A stretch of DNA of 64,000 bases from Octopus vulgaris (GCA_951406725.2 OX597836.1:6696001-6760000), one strand, 5' to 3'; counted from the stretch's first letter, positions 27,064-42,039 are shown. A program made the numbers and translations. The notes: generated by a model not told the origin, from the sequence alone.

Positions 27064-27369
27064 TCGCTTAAGTCTTGGCTGGTCTTATATTCTTCAAGGA
27101 GTCTGACCATGCAGTGCGCAGTTTACTTTTCCACCCGACCTACCCAGATAAATTGAGGCGTCGTCGTTTCAGAAGTCATGAATGTACCCGAGTCGAGTGC
27201 ATGTGTTGCTAAGGAGTGTCACCATGACAACAGGTGTGTGACGCCTTCAGTAACCTTTGTGGTTAAGTTCATGTCATTGTGGGCGAATTCGGTGAAGTCA
27301 ACTGTGAACTTTGTATCACGCATTTCTACACACATTGTCAATTATCATATGCATATGCGAGTGTATATA

Positions 27370-27517
<148 letters not shown>

Positions 27518-27520
27518 TTA

Positions 27521-27594
<74 letters not shown>

Positions 27595-27736
27595 TATTAT
27601 ATATATATATATGTATATATATGTATATGTATATATATATATATTTATATTTATATTCATATATATATATATATATATATGTTTTATATATATTATGTAT
27701 ATATGTGTATATACACATACATATATATATAAAGGT

Positions 27737-27885
27737 ACAGGCATGGCTATGTGGTAAGAAGCTTGCTTTCCAGCCACATGGTTTCGGGTTCAGTTCCACT
27801 GCGTGGCACCTTGAGCATGTGTGTTCTAGTGTTCTACTATAGCTGCAGGCCGACCAAAACTTTGTGAGTGTATTTGGTAGACAGT
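27737..27885 (+). mobile_element. SINE family A 5' half
   Basis: CAGGCATGGCTATGTGGTAAGAAGCTTGC... Confidence 0.85.
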
Positions 27886-27914
27886 GTATATGTATATATA
27901 CATATATACGTATG

Positions 27915-27960
<46 letters not shown>

Positions 27961-27975
27961 TACATCCACACACAC

Positions 27976-28021
<46 letters not shown>

Positions 28022-28241
28022 GTAGACATATGTAAACTTACATGAAGTGTATGTGTGTGTGTGTGTATTTATAGTTAATTGGTTTAAACAAAAAATTTTG
28101 GGGACTTGGTCAATTGCAGTGAATAATTGCAGTAAAGGATGAGTTGCGGTCACACGAAGGGAAACAGGCAGAAGGCTTCATGCTGGTCACAATATATGTA
28201 TAGGTTTATGTATCTGAACAAGATGAAACACGTGCGATGGA

Positions 28242-28276
28242 GAGTCACTGAAGAGGTCACAGGAGGTGTGACGAAA
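28242..28276 (+). ncRNA. Partial hammerhead motif (core, stem II, GAAA); related copy at 19706-19742 (-)
   Basis: GAGTCA-CTGAAGA-G-GTCACA-GGAGG-TGTGAC-GAAA; no stem I partner found downstream. Confidence 0.4.
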
Positions 28277-28392
28277 GCAGTTTGGCAAACAAACTGAACT
28301 AATTCTAATAAAGCTGAAGTGAAGACCAAATATACAGTGCGTGTGTTTAATTGGCAAAAATATGACCATCCCCAAGTATATGAGTATATATT

Positions 28393-28573
28393 ACAGTTCT
28401 ATATTTAAGAGATGATGAATTATCTGCATTATTTACATTATTTCATTTGACGGACATTTGTCCTCATCTTGTTTGTTGTTAACACAACGTTTCGGCTGAT
28501 ATACCCTCCAGCCTTCATCAAGTGTCTTGGGGAAATTTCGAACCTAGGTTCTCATTCCTAAGGTATTTTTCGA

Positions 28574-28606
<33 letters not shown>

Positions 28607-28740
28607 AATTATTATTATTATCATTACTATTATTATTATTATTATTATTATTCAGGTCACTGCCTGGAATCGAACTCGAAATCTTGGGTTTAGTAGCCTG
28701 CGCTCGTAACCATTACGCCATATACCGTGGGCAATTATGG
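28393..28740 (-). mobile_element. Composite element: tRNA-like Pol III head, (AAT)n, HHR-bearing Penelope-like tail
   Basis: A box TGGCGTAATGG (28710-28720), B box GTTCGATTCC (28666-28675), (AAT)n 28577-28652, HHR 28481-28526, all on the minus strand. Confidence 0.7.
28481..28526 (-). ncRNA. Type I minimal hammerhead ribozyme motif
   Basis: Minus strand GACAC-TTGATGA-A-GGCTGG-AGGGTATA-TCAGCC-GAAAC-GTT-GTGTT. Confidence 0.8.
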
Positions 28741-28974
28741 AATTAAGAGTATATATATTTTTATGGAATAAGATATTTACGTAATCATCCGGATCCGCTT
28801 GTGCTAATTGAGATGTTTGTGATAATGTTATACTTTCATGATATCACACGAAGTTTGCATTCCATGTCACTCAGAAGGAGAATATTAGGCCATTAGGATA
28901 TTATGACTGGCTTTCGTGTCGTTTCGCCCAACAGATTCACTTACAAAGCATAACTCAACCTGACGATATAGTAG

Positions 28975-29292
28975 AATGTGTGGCTATGTGGTAAGCAGCT
29001 TGCTTTGCAACCACATGATCCCGGGTTCAGTCCCGCTGCTGGTACCTTGGGCAAGTGTCTTCTACTATAGCCTCTGGCCGACCGAAGCCCTGTGAGTGGA
29101 TTTGGTAGACGGAAATTGAAAGAAGCCTGTCGTATATATTTATATATGTATATATTTGTGTGTGTCTGGGTTTGTGCCCACCATCCATCGCTTGACAACC
29201 AATGCTGGTTTGTTTACGACCGACAGGATAATTACTAGGCTTATAAAGAATAAGTCCTAGGGTCGCTTTGTTTGATTGAGACAAGTAAAAGA
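28975..29292 (+). mobile_element. SINE family A with internal deletions
   Basis: Head, body and tail motifs. Confidence 0.85.
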
Positions 29293-30014
29293 ATAAAAGA
29301 AAGAATCGTCCAGGGTACCGCGCATTGAGATCGAACACGAACCCACATGGCTGCCAAGCGACCTTCTTAACCAGACAGCCACACCTGTGCTTGTAACTCA
29401 ATCTTCGCGAGCAAAATTATGAATTTTCGCCGGGAATTGCGGCACCAATCAGTGATTCCGATATTAAAAATAATTATGCATGCCAGAAGATCATTAATTT
29501 CCTTCAATAAAGCTCAATGCGTAAATAAAGCTAATTGATCTAATTGTTTGCGTGTGATTATGAGTCGTCGAGATTCTGAGGGGTTTTTCTTTCTTTTTTT
29601 TTGATGTTTCTCATTTATTGCATAATACATTAAAATAATTTCCCAACTGATTTTATATCGTGATAACGGAATTATTCTAAAATGTAATGTGAATTCTAAA
29701 CAGCTAAATAATTTCAGAATATATTTCATTTAATTATTCAGAGATTCCAAATAAATAACTTTCGATATTCACTCACTTATGGCTAAATATTTCATATGCA
29801 GGTACAAGATGGATTTTTTTCGGAACCTTTAGCTCCAAGATTTTTCCGGATTATTGATTTTTCCGAACCAGGTGTAATCACCTCTGAATTAAGCAAATAT
29901 TAAATATACTTCAATAATTAAATTATTTACTACAGGTAGCTATATATTAATATATATAATACGTGTTCATTAATACAGTACGGTGCGGGATATTAGTCTC
30001 TGCAAGATACCAAT

Positions 30015-30410
30015 AAATTTGTCTGGTGGCCGTGGAAATCTGATGTTCCTGCTGTTGAGCGAAGCGGTCTTCGTCCCAGAGCTCGCAAGATGGGTGAAGT
30101 TCGAAACGTGGTCCTTTGCTATTCGTAAGACCCGCAGAAGAGATAGCAGTCAACCCCCGACACCGAGAGCATTGACGGATGGATGAATGCGCATCCAGGC
30201 TCGGCGGTTGCCTAGGAAATCGGAGACAAGAAACAGGAAGAAAGAGTGAGAGAAAGTTGGAGCGAAAGAGTACAACAGGAGTCGCTACCACCCCCTGCCG
30301 GAGCCTCGTGGAGCTTTAGGTGTTTTCGCTCAATAAACACACACAACGCCCGGCCTGGGAATCGAAACCGCGAGTCCGCTGCCCTAACCATTGGGCCATT
30401 GCGCCTCCAC
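30015..30410 (-). mobile_element. SINE family C (tail type 2)
   Basis: Same head and body as 44279, followed by an unrelated ~210-bp GC-rich tail. Confidence 0.8.
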
Positions 30411-32126
30411 TTGAAGTTCCTGCTCATTAATTAGTAAAGATTATAAGAGGTTATGGACCAGCTGTATCCGAAATGTTGGTGTTATACCTGTATTATTTTA
30501 CTTTTAAAAACCACTTAAAAATTAGCCACTCGATCGCTAAATTAAAAGTTATAGAATATAAATGGAAACTTTTAATAGTTCGTCTGTTATTAAAAAACAA
30601 TTTAGTGAAAACATCAATATATGTTTACCCGCAGTTTTGTTTGATGTATCTTTATTTAACAAACCAGCTGCGTATTTTAATGAGGCATCAAAATTTAGTG
30701 GTTTTAATAAGTTTAGTAACATCAATAATATTTGGTCAGCAGAATAATTCGTTCGTTTTAATGCTTTCCAATGTTATTTGAACTAACGCAAAAATATTTT
30801 GCTCGAAGTGTTTTTTGTGTGTGTATGTGTGTGTGTGTTTGTATGTGTGTAGGTTGAGTATGGGTGTGTGTTTGTGTGTGCGTGTGTATGTGTTTGTGTG
30901 TGACTGTATATTTATGTGTATGTGTCTGTGTGTGTATATATGTATGTGTCTGTGTGTGTGTATATATGTATGTATGTGTGTGTTTGTGTCTGTGTGTGTA
31001 TGTGTGTATGTATGTGTGTGTGTCTGTCTGTGTTTAGGTGTGTGTTTGTGTGTGTGTGTTGTAGCTCTGTTCATTCTCTACAAGTTTTGTTTATCGGTTT
31101 TGAAATTTGAGTAAATTTTACCACATCTCAGAATGCAACAAGGGAGAGTATGGTAGAAAATACAAACGAACGAATTTATATGACAACGCAACACTAACAT
31201 AAATACTTATATACACATACATACACACCCACAAACACACACACACTCAAGCCGGTTCCTTAGAAGTCAATCAACTGTTTTATCTTAATGTACGCACGTA
31301 TACCACTCAAAAAATTTAGCCCAAGCACTCATAGATGTAATGTGAAATTCAATTTTCATTGTCCGAAAACTTTGCAACAGAATTGATAAGAATAATAAAA
31401 ATATTGGAACCCTATTCCTATTTTAAACAGTTCAGTGTGTGTAATTGATTTAATCCTTTAACTTGTCCCTTAAGTAATTTATGTCTCTCTAGTTCCGATG
31501 TATATTTCGCAAAAATATTAATGGTTAATGATTTCTATTTCTAAAGATTACATTGGTCTGACTGGAAAACATTTCAAGTGAAGATATGATTAACATATAT
31601 ACTTTCAGAAACATGTTAAACATATTAGGTCTTCATTTGTCACGACATTGCAAGCATTAAAATTATTTATAATATATTAGAATATGCCAACCCTGAAGTC
31701 AGTGTAATAGTGGTATTAATATGTGAATTTCTGGAAAATTCTATATACTGTTCTATACGGTTTCCATTCTAGAGACTCGCAATGGGTTAACATTGTGTTG
31801 CTATCAATCGAAGCTTTAGTAGAAATATTTCGAAATATCTAACGATTGAATGTAAGACCTATAGCATGAGGTCAAACGTTCCAAACTATTCCAAACTATT
31901 TTCGTTTTGTTCATATATCGCGAATTCAGCCGTTATTTATTTCAAATACCAACATACAATTTTTATTTCATTTCTATTATCGCTTTCAAAATCTGGGATG
32001 CGAAAGATCATAGTTGCGATACGTGAAGATTAAACTTCCAAAAAATCATTGCACACGCAGACACACAGATAAATATAGAATCATATATAAATATATGTGC
32101 ATGTGTGTTATTGCATATTATATACG

Positions 32127-32186
<60 letters not shown>

Positions 32187-33049
32187 TATATATAGGTATG
32201 TATTATATATATACATAGATATACATGTATACATGTCTGTATATATATATTTATTTACATTTACATATATATATACATATATATATATGCATATATATGT
32301 ATATATATGTATATATATATATATTATGCAAATGCATATGTATACATATATATGTATATATGTATCTGTGTGTATGTATATATGTGAGCATGTTTGCATG
32401 TATTTGTGTGTGTGTGTGTCTGTGTGTGTATGTGTATATCTGAATCTGTGTGTATGTTTGTTTATCTATGTGTTAATCTATAAACATATTGAAAATATAT
32501 TCCTTCATTCATAAAAGACTGAAAAGAATACAGCTATAATACATTTATATATGTATGTGCGTACGTGTAAGTATATATATATATGTATGTATGTATGTAT
32601 TTATATCATAGCTTTATAAGTGTGCTTGCGGTTGCATACGATACATTAATTATCCACAATGCACTTGCGTTTCTCTATTGGCGCGAAAACCTCCTATGCC
32701 CGCGTCACTACACTTGTTCTCTCTTTATTCACTACGCTGTTAAGTTTGAACTTCAAACGTCAAGTGCAGGTGCGACTACAGGGTTCCGAGTTCAGTTCCA
32801 GTGCTTGACATCTCGGTTCTTGTGTCTTCCACTATCGGCCCGTGCAAACCAAAGCTTTTTATGCGCAGAAATATATGTTTTCATGTTTCGCTTAGACATG
32901 GGGACGCTAATCACCTGGTGTAAGTAAGAACTCAATATTCAGAGAAAGGCATTGGTCGAGTACAGAGCGTGGAGAGAGATTATGTAAATGAAAAAGGAAC
33001 AAAAAAATTATGGAATGGAGTCCATCACATGATTTCCTGTTCTATTACC

Positions 33050-33080
<31 letters not shown>

Positions 33081-33103
33081 GATATAGATATATATATACA
33101 CAT

Positions 33104-33366
33104 AACTTATGAATAAGGGCAAACGAAAAACTTTCTAATGCCAAATATGCCGAAATTAGACACATTTATCAGTGACGAAGGGAGGGTTCTTATGAACTAA
33201 CCCTGAAATCGGTCCGATATGGTAATAATGGAATTTTTTAGACATTTATGTCAACCTTTTTCGAGTAGCGTGCGTATTGCGAAAATTTATAATGGTTATG
33301 GACAATGTGTCTAATTTCGGCATATTTGGTATTAGAAAATTTTTCGTTTGCCCTTATTCATAAGTT
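33104..33366. repeat. ~63-bp inverted repeat enclosing an HHR-like motif
   Basis: 33104-33166 versus 33304-33366 with about two mismatches; adjacent to (TA)n. Confidence 0.9.
33167..33219 (+). ncRNA. Type I hammerhead-like motif (C3G core change)
   Basis: TATCA-GTGACGA-AGGG..GTTC-TTAT-GAAC..CCCT-GAAAT-CG-GTC-CGATA. Confidence 0.55.
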
Positions 33367-33454
33367 GTTTATAAATTTAACCTTTAAAGGTAATTTTTAA
33401 TATGCTGGCCATTGATAAAATTTTTTCGAAAAAATTTTATCCTACATTAAATAA

Positions 33455-33517
<63 letters not shown>

Positions 33518-33707
33518 TATATAATATATATATGATATATGTGTGTGAGTTGTGAGTTTATATATATATATATGTATATGCATATATATATGTATATATA
33601 TATATATATATGTATGTATATATACGTATATATATATATATACATAGAGAGCTGTGTATACATATACATATATATATATAATTATATAATTATAATTATA
33701 TATGTTC

Positions 33708-33755
<48 letters not shown>

Positions 33756-33769
33756 GATATGAATGTATT

Positions 33770-34015
33770 TATCTGTGTGCGTTTGTTTTTGTCCCCCTCT
33801 CCCAGCGCTTGACAACCAGTGTTGGTTTGTTTATGTCTCGTAACATAGCGGCCCTGTTAAAGAAGGCGATATATAGATATATATTAAGTACCCAAGTTTG
33901 ACCCAAAAAAAAGAAAAGAAAGTTCAAGTACTCAAAGTCGATATGTTCGACTAAAACCCGTCGAAGTAATTCCCTCAGTACGGTCGCAGTTCAATGACTG
34001 AAACAAATAAAAGAT
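33770..34015 (+). mobile_element. SINE family A 3' half, degenerate
   Basis: CGCTTGACAACCAGTGTTGG...GCAGTTCAATGACTGAAACAAATAAAAG. Confidence 0.75.
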
Positions 34016-34064
34016 AAACGAGATCAGGGAAGTCATCGTTCGTTGTTAATTCATTTAAAGATCG

Positions 34065-34300
34065 CCGTTACGTCCACAACCATTCACTCCACAGCTGTTC
34101 TGTTTTCTGCTTGCTTCAAAGAAATTAGAGTCTGTTCTCAGCGACAATACACTCACTGTTTCCATATTGCACCGAAAGCCTTCGACGGATTGCCGCTTGC
34201 CTGACTGCCTGCTTGCTCCTGGTCTAGCTTCAGCTCACAGAAATTGGATCACCGAACACTGCATCTCTTCTAGCGTAAACCGATAGCGTAGAGGTCATGG
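34065..34300 (-). pseudogene. Decayed mariner transposase N-terminal HTH fragment
   Basis: Broken frames give ..EMQCSVIQFL*AE..AAIRRRLSVQYGNS..VLSLRT..RTAV.., resembling the mariner EQRSVIRFLWAEG..EIHRRL..QYG motif. Confidence 0.55.
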
Positions 34301-34517
34301 TGAACGTAATGACAACAATTTTGATTGATATTTCGATTAGGGACTAGGGGGAGACTTACGTCTAGCCATGCACGCGCCACTGAATTTTCCCGCCAACGAG
34401 AAAAAATATATTAAAAGTACGACTTAGATAATTAAAAACTCACGAATCTCCCTCTCTTATGACGCCGGCAATACATATATATTTATAACTATATATCTAT
34501 ATATAACTATATAACTA

Positions 34518-34598
<81 letters not shown>

Positions 34599-35314
34599 CT
34601 CTCTCTCTCTATATATATATATATGTATATGTATATATATATATATGTGTGTGTGTGTATATATATATGTATATATGATGTGTGAGTGGTGTATATATAT
34701 ATATATATATGCGTGTGTGTGTGTGTGTGCGTGCGTGTGTGTGTGTGTGACTGTGTATGCGCGCGCAAATGCCCGGGCGTGTGAATTTTGTATCCGTGTT
34801 TGCTCCTCACCACTATTTAACGACCGGTAATGGTTTGCTTATGTCCTGGTAATATAGCTTTGGGCAAAAAAATACCAATAAAATTTTTTTTTAATTTACA
34901 AGACTTAACTAAGTAAATACTGGGATTTTCTTGCCATTGCTCCAGTATGGCCGCTGTCCACTAACTGCGACAACTAAAAGATGAAAGATACCTAATGAAT
35001 CTAAAGCCATATTATATCTTATGTCCGTAATTAAGAATGAAGGTCACAGGTGGAAAGTCTTTGATCGTAAGTCTACGTAATCACGATTGCTGGGGGTGAG
35101 GATTTTGCTTTTCTTTAACTACGGGCAACTCTGATTGAACAGACCTATGGTCAAAACTCTTCATAACGTGTCCTGTTTTTTTTTCTTTGGGTCTTTTACA
35201 CAATAGAGAGTGATTTTGAGGGGGATTTGGCTGTTATTTCAAAGTAGGTTGATCATAAACGTGTGTAAAGACAACCGATGTCGCTAAACAACCAAATGGC
35301 ACACAGATAGATGC

Positions 35315-35556
<242 letters not shown>

Positions 35557-35637
35557 AAGAAGATCGATAGATAGATAGATAGATACAAAAGAAGTACGAA
35601 AGAAAGAAAAATGAAAGATATAAAGGAAAATTGGAGT

Positions 35638-35727
<90 letters not shown>

Positions 35728-35737
35728 TATATGCATG

Positions 35738-35768
<31 letters not shown>

Positions 35769-35994
35769 GTGAAAGCGATAGGGTAGCCAGGTAGCCTCTA
35801 TACAAGGGTATGTAAACAGAAAACAGGTATATTAATATAATATAGGTCACTCACACTATTTTAGTCATAATCTTCTCACGACATCATATTTGGCTCAGAG
35901 CCTACCTTTGCCTACACACACACATACATACATACATATTTATGTATGCGTGTGTGTGTGTGTGTGTGCGTGTGTGTAATATGTATATATATAC

Positions 35995-36043
35995 ACACAC
36001 ATACATAGTATACTCATATATATATATATACATACATATTATA

Positions 36044-36080
<37 letters not shown>

Positions 36081-36211
36081 ACACGTACATATTATACTCA
36101 TATATATATGATTTCTTTATTATACTCACACATCTATAGTATACTCATATATAAATATATATATATACACCTACATATTATACTCATATATATATATACA
36201 TACATATTATA

Positions 36212-36248
<37 letters not shown>

Positions 36249-36297
36249 ACACGTACATATTATACTCATATATATATATACACACATATAAAGTATA

Positions 36298-36336
<39 letters not shown>

Positions 36337-36687
36337 CTACATATTATACTCATATATATATATATATATATATCCACACGTACATATTATACTAATATAT
36401 ATATACACACATATATAGTATACTCATATATATATATATATATATACACCTACATATTATACTCATATATATATATATATATCCACACGTACATATTATA
36501 CTCATATATATATACACACATATATAGTATACTCATATATATATATATATATATACACCTACATATTATACTCATATATATATATATATATATATACACC
36601 TACATATTATACTCATATATATATATATATATATATATATCCACACGTACATATTATACTCATATATATATACACACATATATAGTA

Positions 36688-36729
<42 letters not shown>

Positions 36730-36790
36730 CTACATATTATACTCATATATAATATATATACACATAGATATTATACTCATATATATATAT
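35995..36790. repeat. Higher-order minisatellite of three TATACTCA-containing monomers spaced by variable (TA)n
   Basis: Units CACCTACATATTATACTC, CCACACGTACATATTATACTC and CACACATATATAGTATACTC recur in ordered cycles. Confidence 0.9.
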
Positions 36791-36959
36791 ATATATATAT
36801 GGGTGCGTGTATATGTATATACATATGTGTATACAGGCTTATATGTTTGTATATATGTGTGTCTGTACATATGTGTGAGTATGTGAAAATATTGGTTAAT
36901 TTTTATGTGTGCGTGCGTGAATGTATTACTGCGTGTATGCGTCTTTATACGTGAGTGTA

Positions 36960-37269
<310 letters not shown>

Positions 37270-37305
37270 CAAAAATGTTCTCAATATGTCAATTTATGTG
37301 ATGTA

Positions 37306-37342
<37 letters not shown>

Positions 37343-37365
37343 GAAAGACAGAGAGCGTGTGTATG

Positions 37366-37408
<43 letters not shown>

Positions 37409-37551
37409 ATATGCATATGTATACACACACACATGTACACACACATGCACTCACACACATTTATAGCGCACATTCACACGTACAAAATATGTATATGCAT
37501 ATGTGTGCAAGTGTGTGTGTATGTGTGTATGAGAGAGACAGACAGAGAGAG

Positions 37552-37582
<31 letters not shown>

Positions 37583-38029
37583 AAGTAAGAAAGAAAGAAA
37601 GAAAGAAAGAAAGAAAAGGATACATAAATAAACAGAAAGAGACGGAGAGAGAGGAAAGAGAGGGGAGAGAGAGAGAGAATATGATTGATATTTGTTCTTT
37701 TGAGGTTTCTAGAGCAGAACTATTTATGTCCACACACACACACACGCACGCACACACACACACACACACGCACACACACACACACAACACGCACACACAC
37801 ACACACATACACACACGCAAACATACAAGCACACACACAACACGCACACCTATATATAGACAGAAACACACCCACGCACACACTAATGCAAACACAAACC
37901 TACAAACGCTCCTCACTCTCCGTTTCGTTGGCAAGTGGTAATGGAGAGTTTGTTGTTATTTTACTTCATTTCAGTTTAAATTTAGAATATCCATTGAATA
38001 GAGCCACGTCTTTCATTTGTCTTTCACTG

Positions 38030-38093
<64 letters not shown>

Positions 38094-38098
38094 CCTAC

Positions 38099-38137
<39 letters not shown>

Positions 38138-38142
38138 CCTAC

Positions 38143-38189
<47 letters not shown>

Positions 38190-38207
38190 CCTACCTATCT
38201 ATCTATC

Positions 38208-38293
<86 letters not shown>

Positions 38294-38381
38294 GTCTGTC
38301 TGTCGGTCTATCTATCTATCTCCTATTTATTTATCTAACTATCTCTTATTTTCTATCTATCTCTTATTTATCTATCTATCC

Positions 38382-38424
<43 letters not shown>

Positions 38425-38485
38425 ATCTATCTCCTATTTATTTATCTATCTATCTCTTATTTATCTATCTATCTGCCTGTCTGTC
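38030..38485. repeat. (TATC)n/(TGTC)n compound microsatellite
   Basis: Direct reading. Confidence 0.95.
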
Positions 38486-39610
38486 TGAAGAATGGCCAAG
38501 AAGCAACTGGAATCTTCATCAGTTATTTCACATCCAGCATTTATGTTTCAATATCTTGTCAGAGAATGGGAGGGTTTATAGGGCACCGTTATTTGGCGGG
38601 GCTTAGGGGAACAACTGGCTTAATCCGGCCCCATCTCTGACGGAAATAAACACAGATCCCGTCAACCAATTAACGTTCAGAATCGAAGTAATCTCTGAAC
38701 GCTCTAAACGATGACAGCTGAGGTCGTAAAGGGTATCGTATCTACCATAATAAGTAAAAAAAAAAAAATGTAATAAATGCACAAACAAACGAAAAACAAA
38801 CACAGAAGGTCGCCAAATCCTCATCAGCTATCGGCCAAGGGATCTACGCAATTTCGCGCCTAAAATTTTTTGCTTTTTATATTGTGTGTTGTTTACTTAT
38901 TATTTAATGAAACTCGGCGCACTGCTTCTTGTTTCGGTTATGGTATCTACCACCCAAGTAAGCCATGGTGGGATTTGAACACAAAACGCATCGAACCGGA
39001 ACTAATACCATCCGGTTCAACGTTCCTGCAATGCAGTCAACCCACTGACCCAGATTATCGTTTCGTGAATGCTTGTTTCAGTCACTGGATTGCGACCAAG
39101 CTAAGGAGCAACCTGGATGAGTTTCGTCGAAGAAATCGACCCAGTTCTTACGTTTATCTAAAGGCGGATAAATATTCTATCGTTTCTTTTGCCGAAAACA
39201 AACCAACATACCTCCCTCCCTCTGTCTCTCATTTGCTCTCTCGCTCTGTCTCTTTCACTCCCATTCTCTCTCTCTCTCTGTTTTTCCTTCCCCTCTGCCA
39301 TCTCTCTCGATCAAGCTGTAATATGATCGATATACTACTGGGTCAACGGTGAGTTAGCCAACAAGATGTCTACGCCTGCTCGCGACTATTTGATCACTTA
39401 AAACAATTAGCAACCGCATGGTACAAGCTGGCAGAGTATCATATACTCGGCTGCAAGGCACAGCTAAGCTTCTACACACACACACATATACACGAGCGCA
39501 TGCATCATATATATATACACATACATACATACATACATACATACATACATACATACATACATACATACATACATACATACATACATACATACATACATAC
39601 TTACGTACAT

Positions 39611-39905
39611 GCTGAACCATTGAGAAATCTGCAGTTACTCTATCCAGAATACAGGTTTAGGTTTATACTGGGGCCCTGAGATATGTAACACACTGCCTGG
39701 ATACCAATCTTAAGAAATTAGGCTTCTCAAAACCAGAAAGGAGAAAGCTAATTCGAAGACTACAGATCCAATCCATTACTGGAACTGTAAAAATCTGTAA
39801 AACTTTCCAGAATTTAATCATTTAAATATATATGAGCATGTCTAGATATGCATCTATATGCATGAGAATACTTGCATAAAACAAACCATACAAATCTGCA
39901 TGCAT
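39611..39905 (+). mobile_element. 5'-truncated restriction-like-endonuclease LINE: C-terminus and 3' UTR
   Basis: AEPLRNLQLLYPEYRFRFI/(frameshift)GALRYVTHCLDTNLKKLGFSKPERRKLIRRLQIQSITGTVKICKTFQ; RLE tail pattern (..IGALG..L..LG..LQ..); directly follows (ACAT)n. Confidence 0.7.
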
Positions 39906-39959
39906 CCCCCTCCGCCAAATTTTAGGCCTTGCGCCTATAATAGAAAGTATTATGTCTAT

Positions 39960-40069
<110 letters not shown>

Positions 40070-40249
40070 GAGATTTCATTCAGCTCCTTATTATTTTCGT
40101 GGGCGGAGGACACGTTTCCCACTAACAAAAGTAACAAGCTGTTGTCAGATCGATGTAACAGCAATGAAATTCGTTGAGTAAGACTGTCTTCTGTTTGTTG
40201 TTCACTCACACACATATACGTGTGTGTGTGTATGTGTGTGCATATATAT

Positions 40250-40378
<129 letters not shown>

Positions 40379-40519
40379 TATATGTGTACATGACATCACC
40401 AACGGTGCAAATAACAGGAAATACATAAACAACGAGAAGAAAATGGAAAAACAGGACAAATAAAAACACAGAAAGGACCCTTCATCAGTTGTCGGCTATC
40501 TATCTACTCCTCATTTCGA

Positions 40520-40570
<51 letters not shown>

Positions 40571-40726
40571 CATAGATACATACGTATATATAAATATATA
40601 TATGTATATATAGAAATATGTGTGTATATATATACGTATATATAAAATATATATATGGGTATATGTATAAATATATGTGGGTATGTATATATGAATATGC
40701 ATGTACATATGTACAAATATATATGT

Positions 40727-40852
<126 letters not shown>

Positions 40853-40854
40853 CT

Positions 40855-41192
40855 GAGATCTCCTTTGGTCATTAATGACCATGGGATTGCACCGAGAAAG
40901 TTACCCTCCAAGGCACAAGTCTGTGCAAGGTTGTTTATAGAAGAGCAGTAGTCGGCCATACATACGAGCCTTCAGTCTCCATGCCACCGATGTTATCCAA
41001 GGGAAAGGCAAAGGGGCCGATACAGATTGGCACCAGTGACGTTGCAACTCATTTCTACGGCTGAGTGAACAGGAGGAACGTGAAATAAAGTGTCTTGCTC
41101 AAGTACACAACACGCAGCCCGGTCCAGGATTCGAACGCACAACCTCACGGTCGTAAGTTCGACGCTTTAACCACTGAGCCATACGCCTTCAC
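40855..41192 (-). mobile_element. SINE family D (tail type 3)
   Basis: GTGAAGGCGTATGGCTCAGTGGTTAAAG..GTTCGAATCC..CTTGAGCAAGACACTTTATTTCACG. Confidence 0.8.
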
Positions 41193-41194
41193 AT

Positions 41195-41290
<96 letters not shown>

Positions 41291-42039
41291 TTGCGCATGT
41301 ATTCGTGTGCAGCCATTACTCATCGAGGCTGTCAATAGCATTCTATCAAACAACACTAAGGAAGACGGTCAACTAGAAAATTCTCGGAGAACTGCACGTG
41401 TGTGTGTGTGTGCGTGGGAGCATGAATGAGTGGAAGGTTATGTGTATGTGTGCGTGTGTATGTGTTTGCATGTATGACTATATGTGTGCATGACTGAGTT
41501 TTCCAGTATGTAAGCACATCTGCGTGTGTATGCGTACGTGTGTTCCTCTGTGTGTTTGTGAGCCGTGTATGTGTGTGTGCGTGTGATTAAGCGTTTCTGT
41601 GTGTGTGTGTGTGTGATTAAGCGTTTCAGTGTGTGTGTGTGTGTGTATGTGTGTGTACGTGTGTGAGAGAGAGAAATTAAACGTTGCTATGTGTGTGTGT
41701 GTGTGTGTATGATGGTATGGAGAATCAGGTGTCTGATCGTTTGTTTCGAAATAAGAGTTGCTCTCCTATTTACGCGCATGCGTGTTCCTGTATATAAGTG
41801 TCTGTGTGTCTACCATTCTGTTATGGATGTGTATGCTTTTTATCGTTTCATTTTTGTCAGACAGTGTAACTTTATCTTTTATCTCTTGCTTCTTTCAGTC
41901 ATTAAACTGCGACCACACTCGGGCACTGCCTCGAAGAAATTTTAACCGAATGAATCACACCCATTACTTGTGGGTTTTTTTTCTTGTCTTGTTGATCCCT
42001 AATTTACTATTTAGCATGTGTGGACTCCTAAAAGTCTTA

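Noticed and set aside
26615-27110. Gly-rich, poly-Val and His-rich ORFs
   Set aside because: All arise from the (GGT)n repeat being open in several frames; no unique coding context or splice evidence
31770-31790. GGGTTAA piggyBac-like terminus
   Set aside because: No matching TTAACCC end or TIR found
35995-36790. CRISPR-like repeat-spacer appearance
   Set aside because: Spacers are only (TA)n, the context is eukaryotic and there are no cas genes
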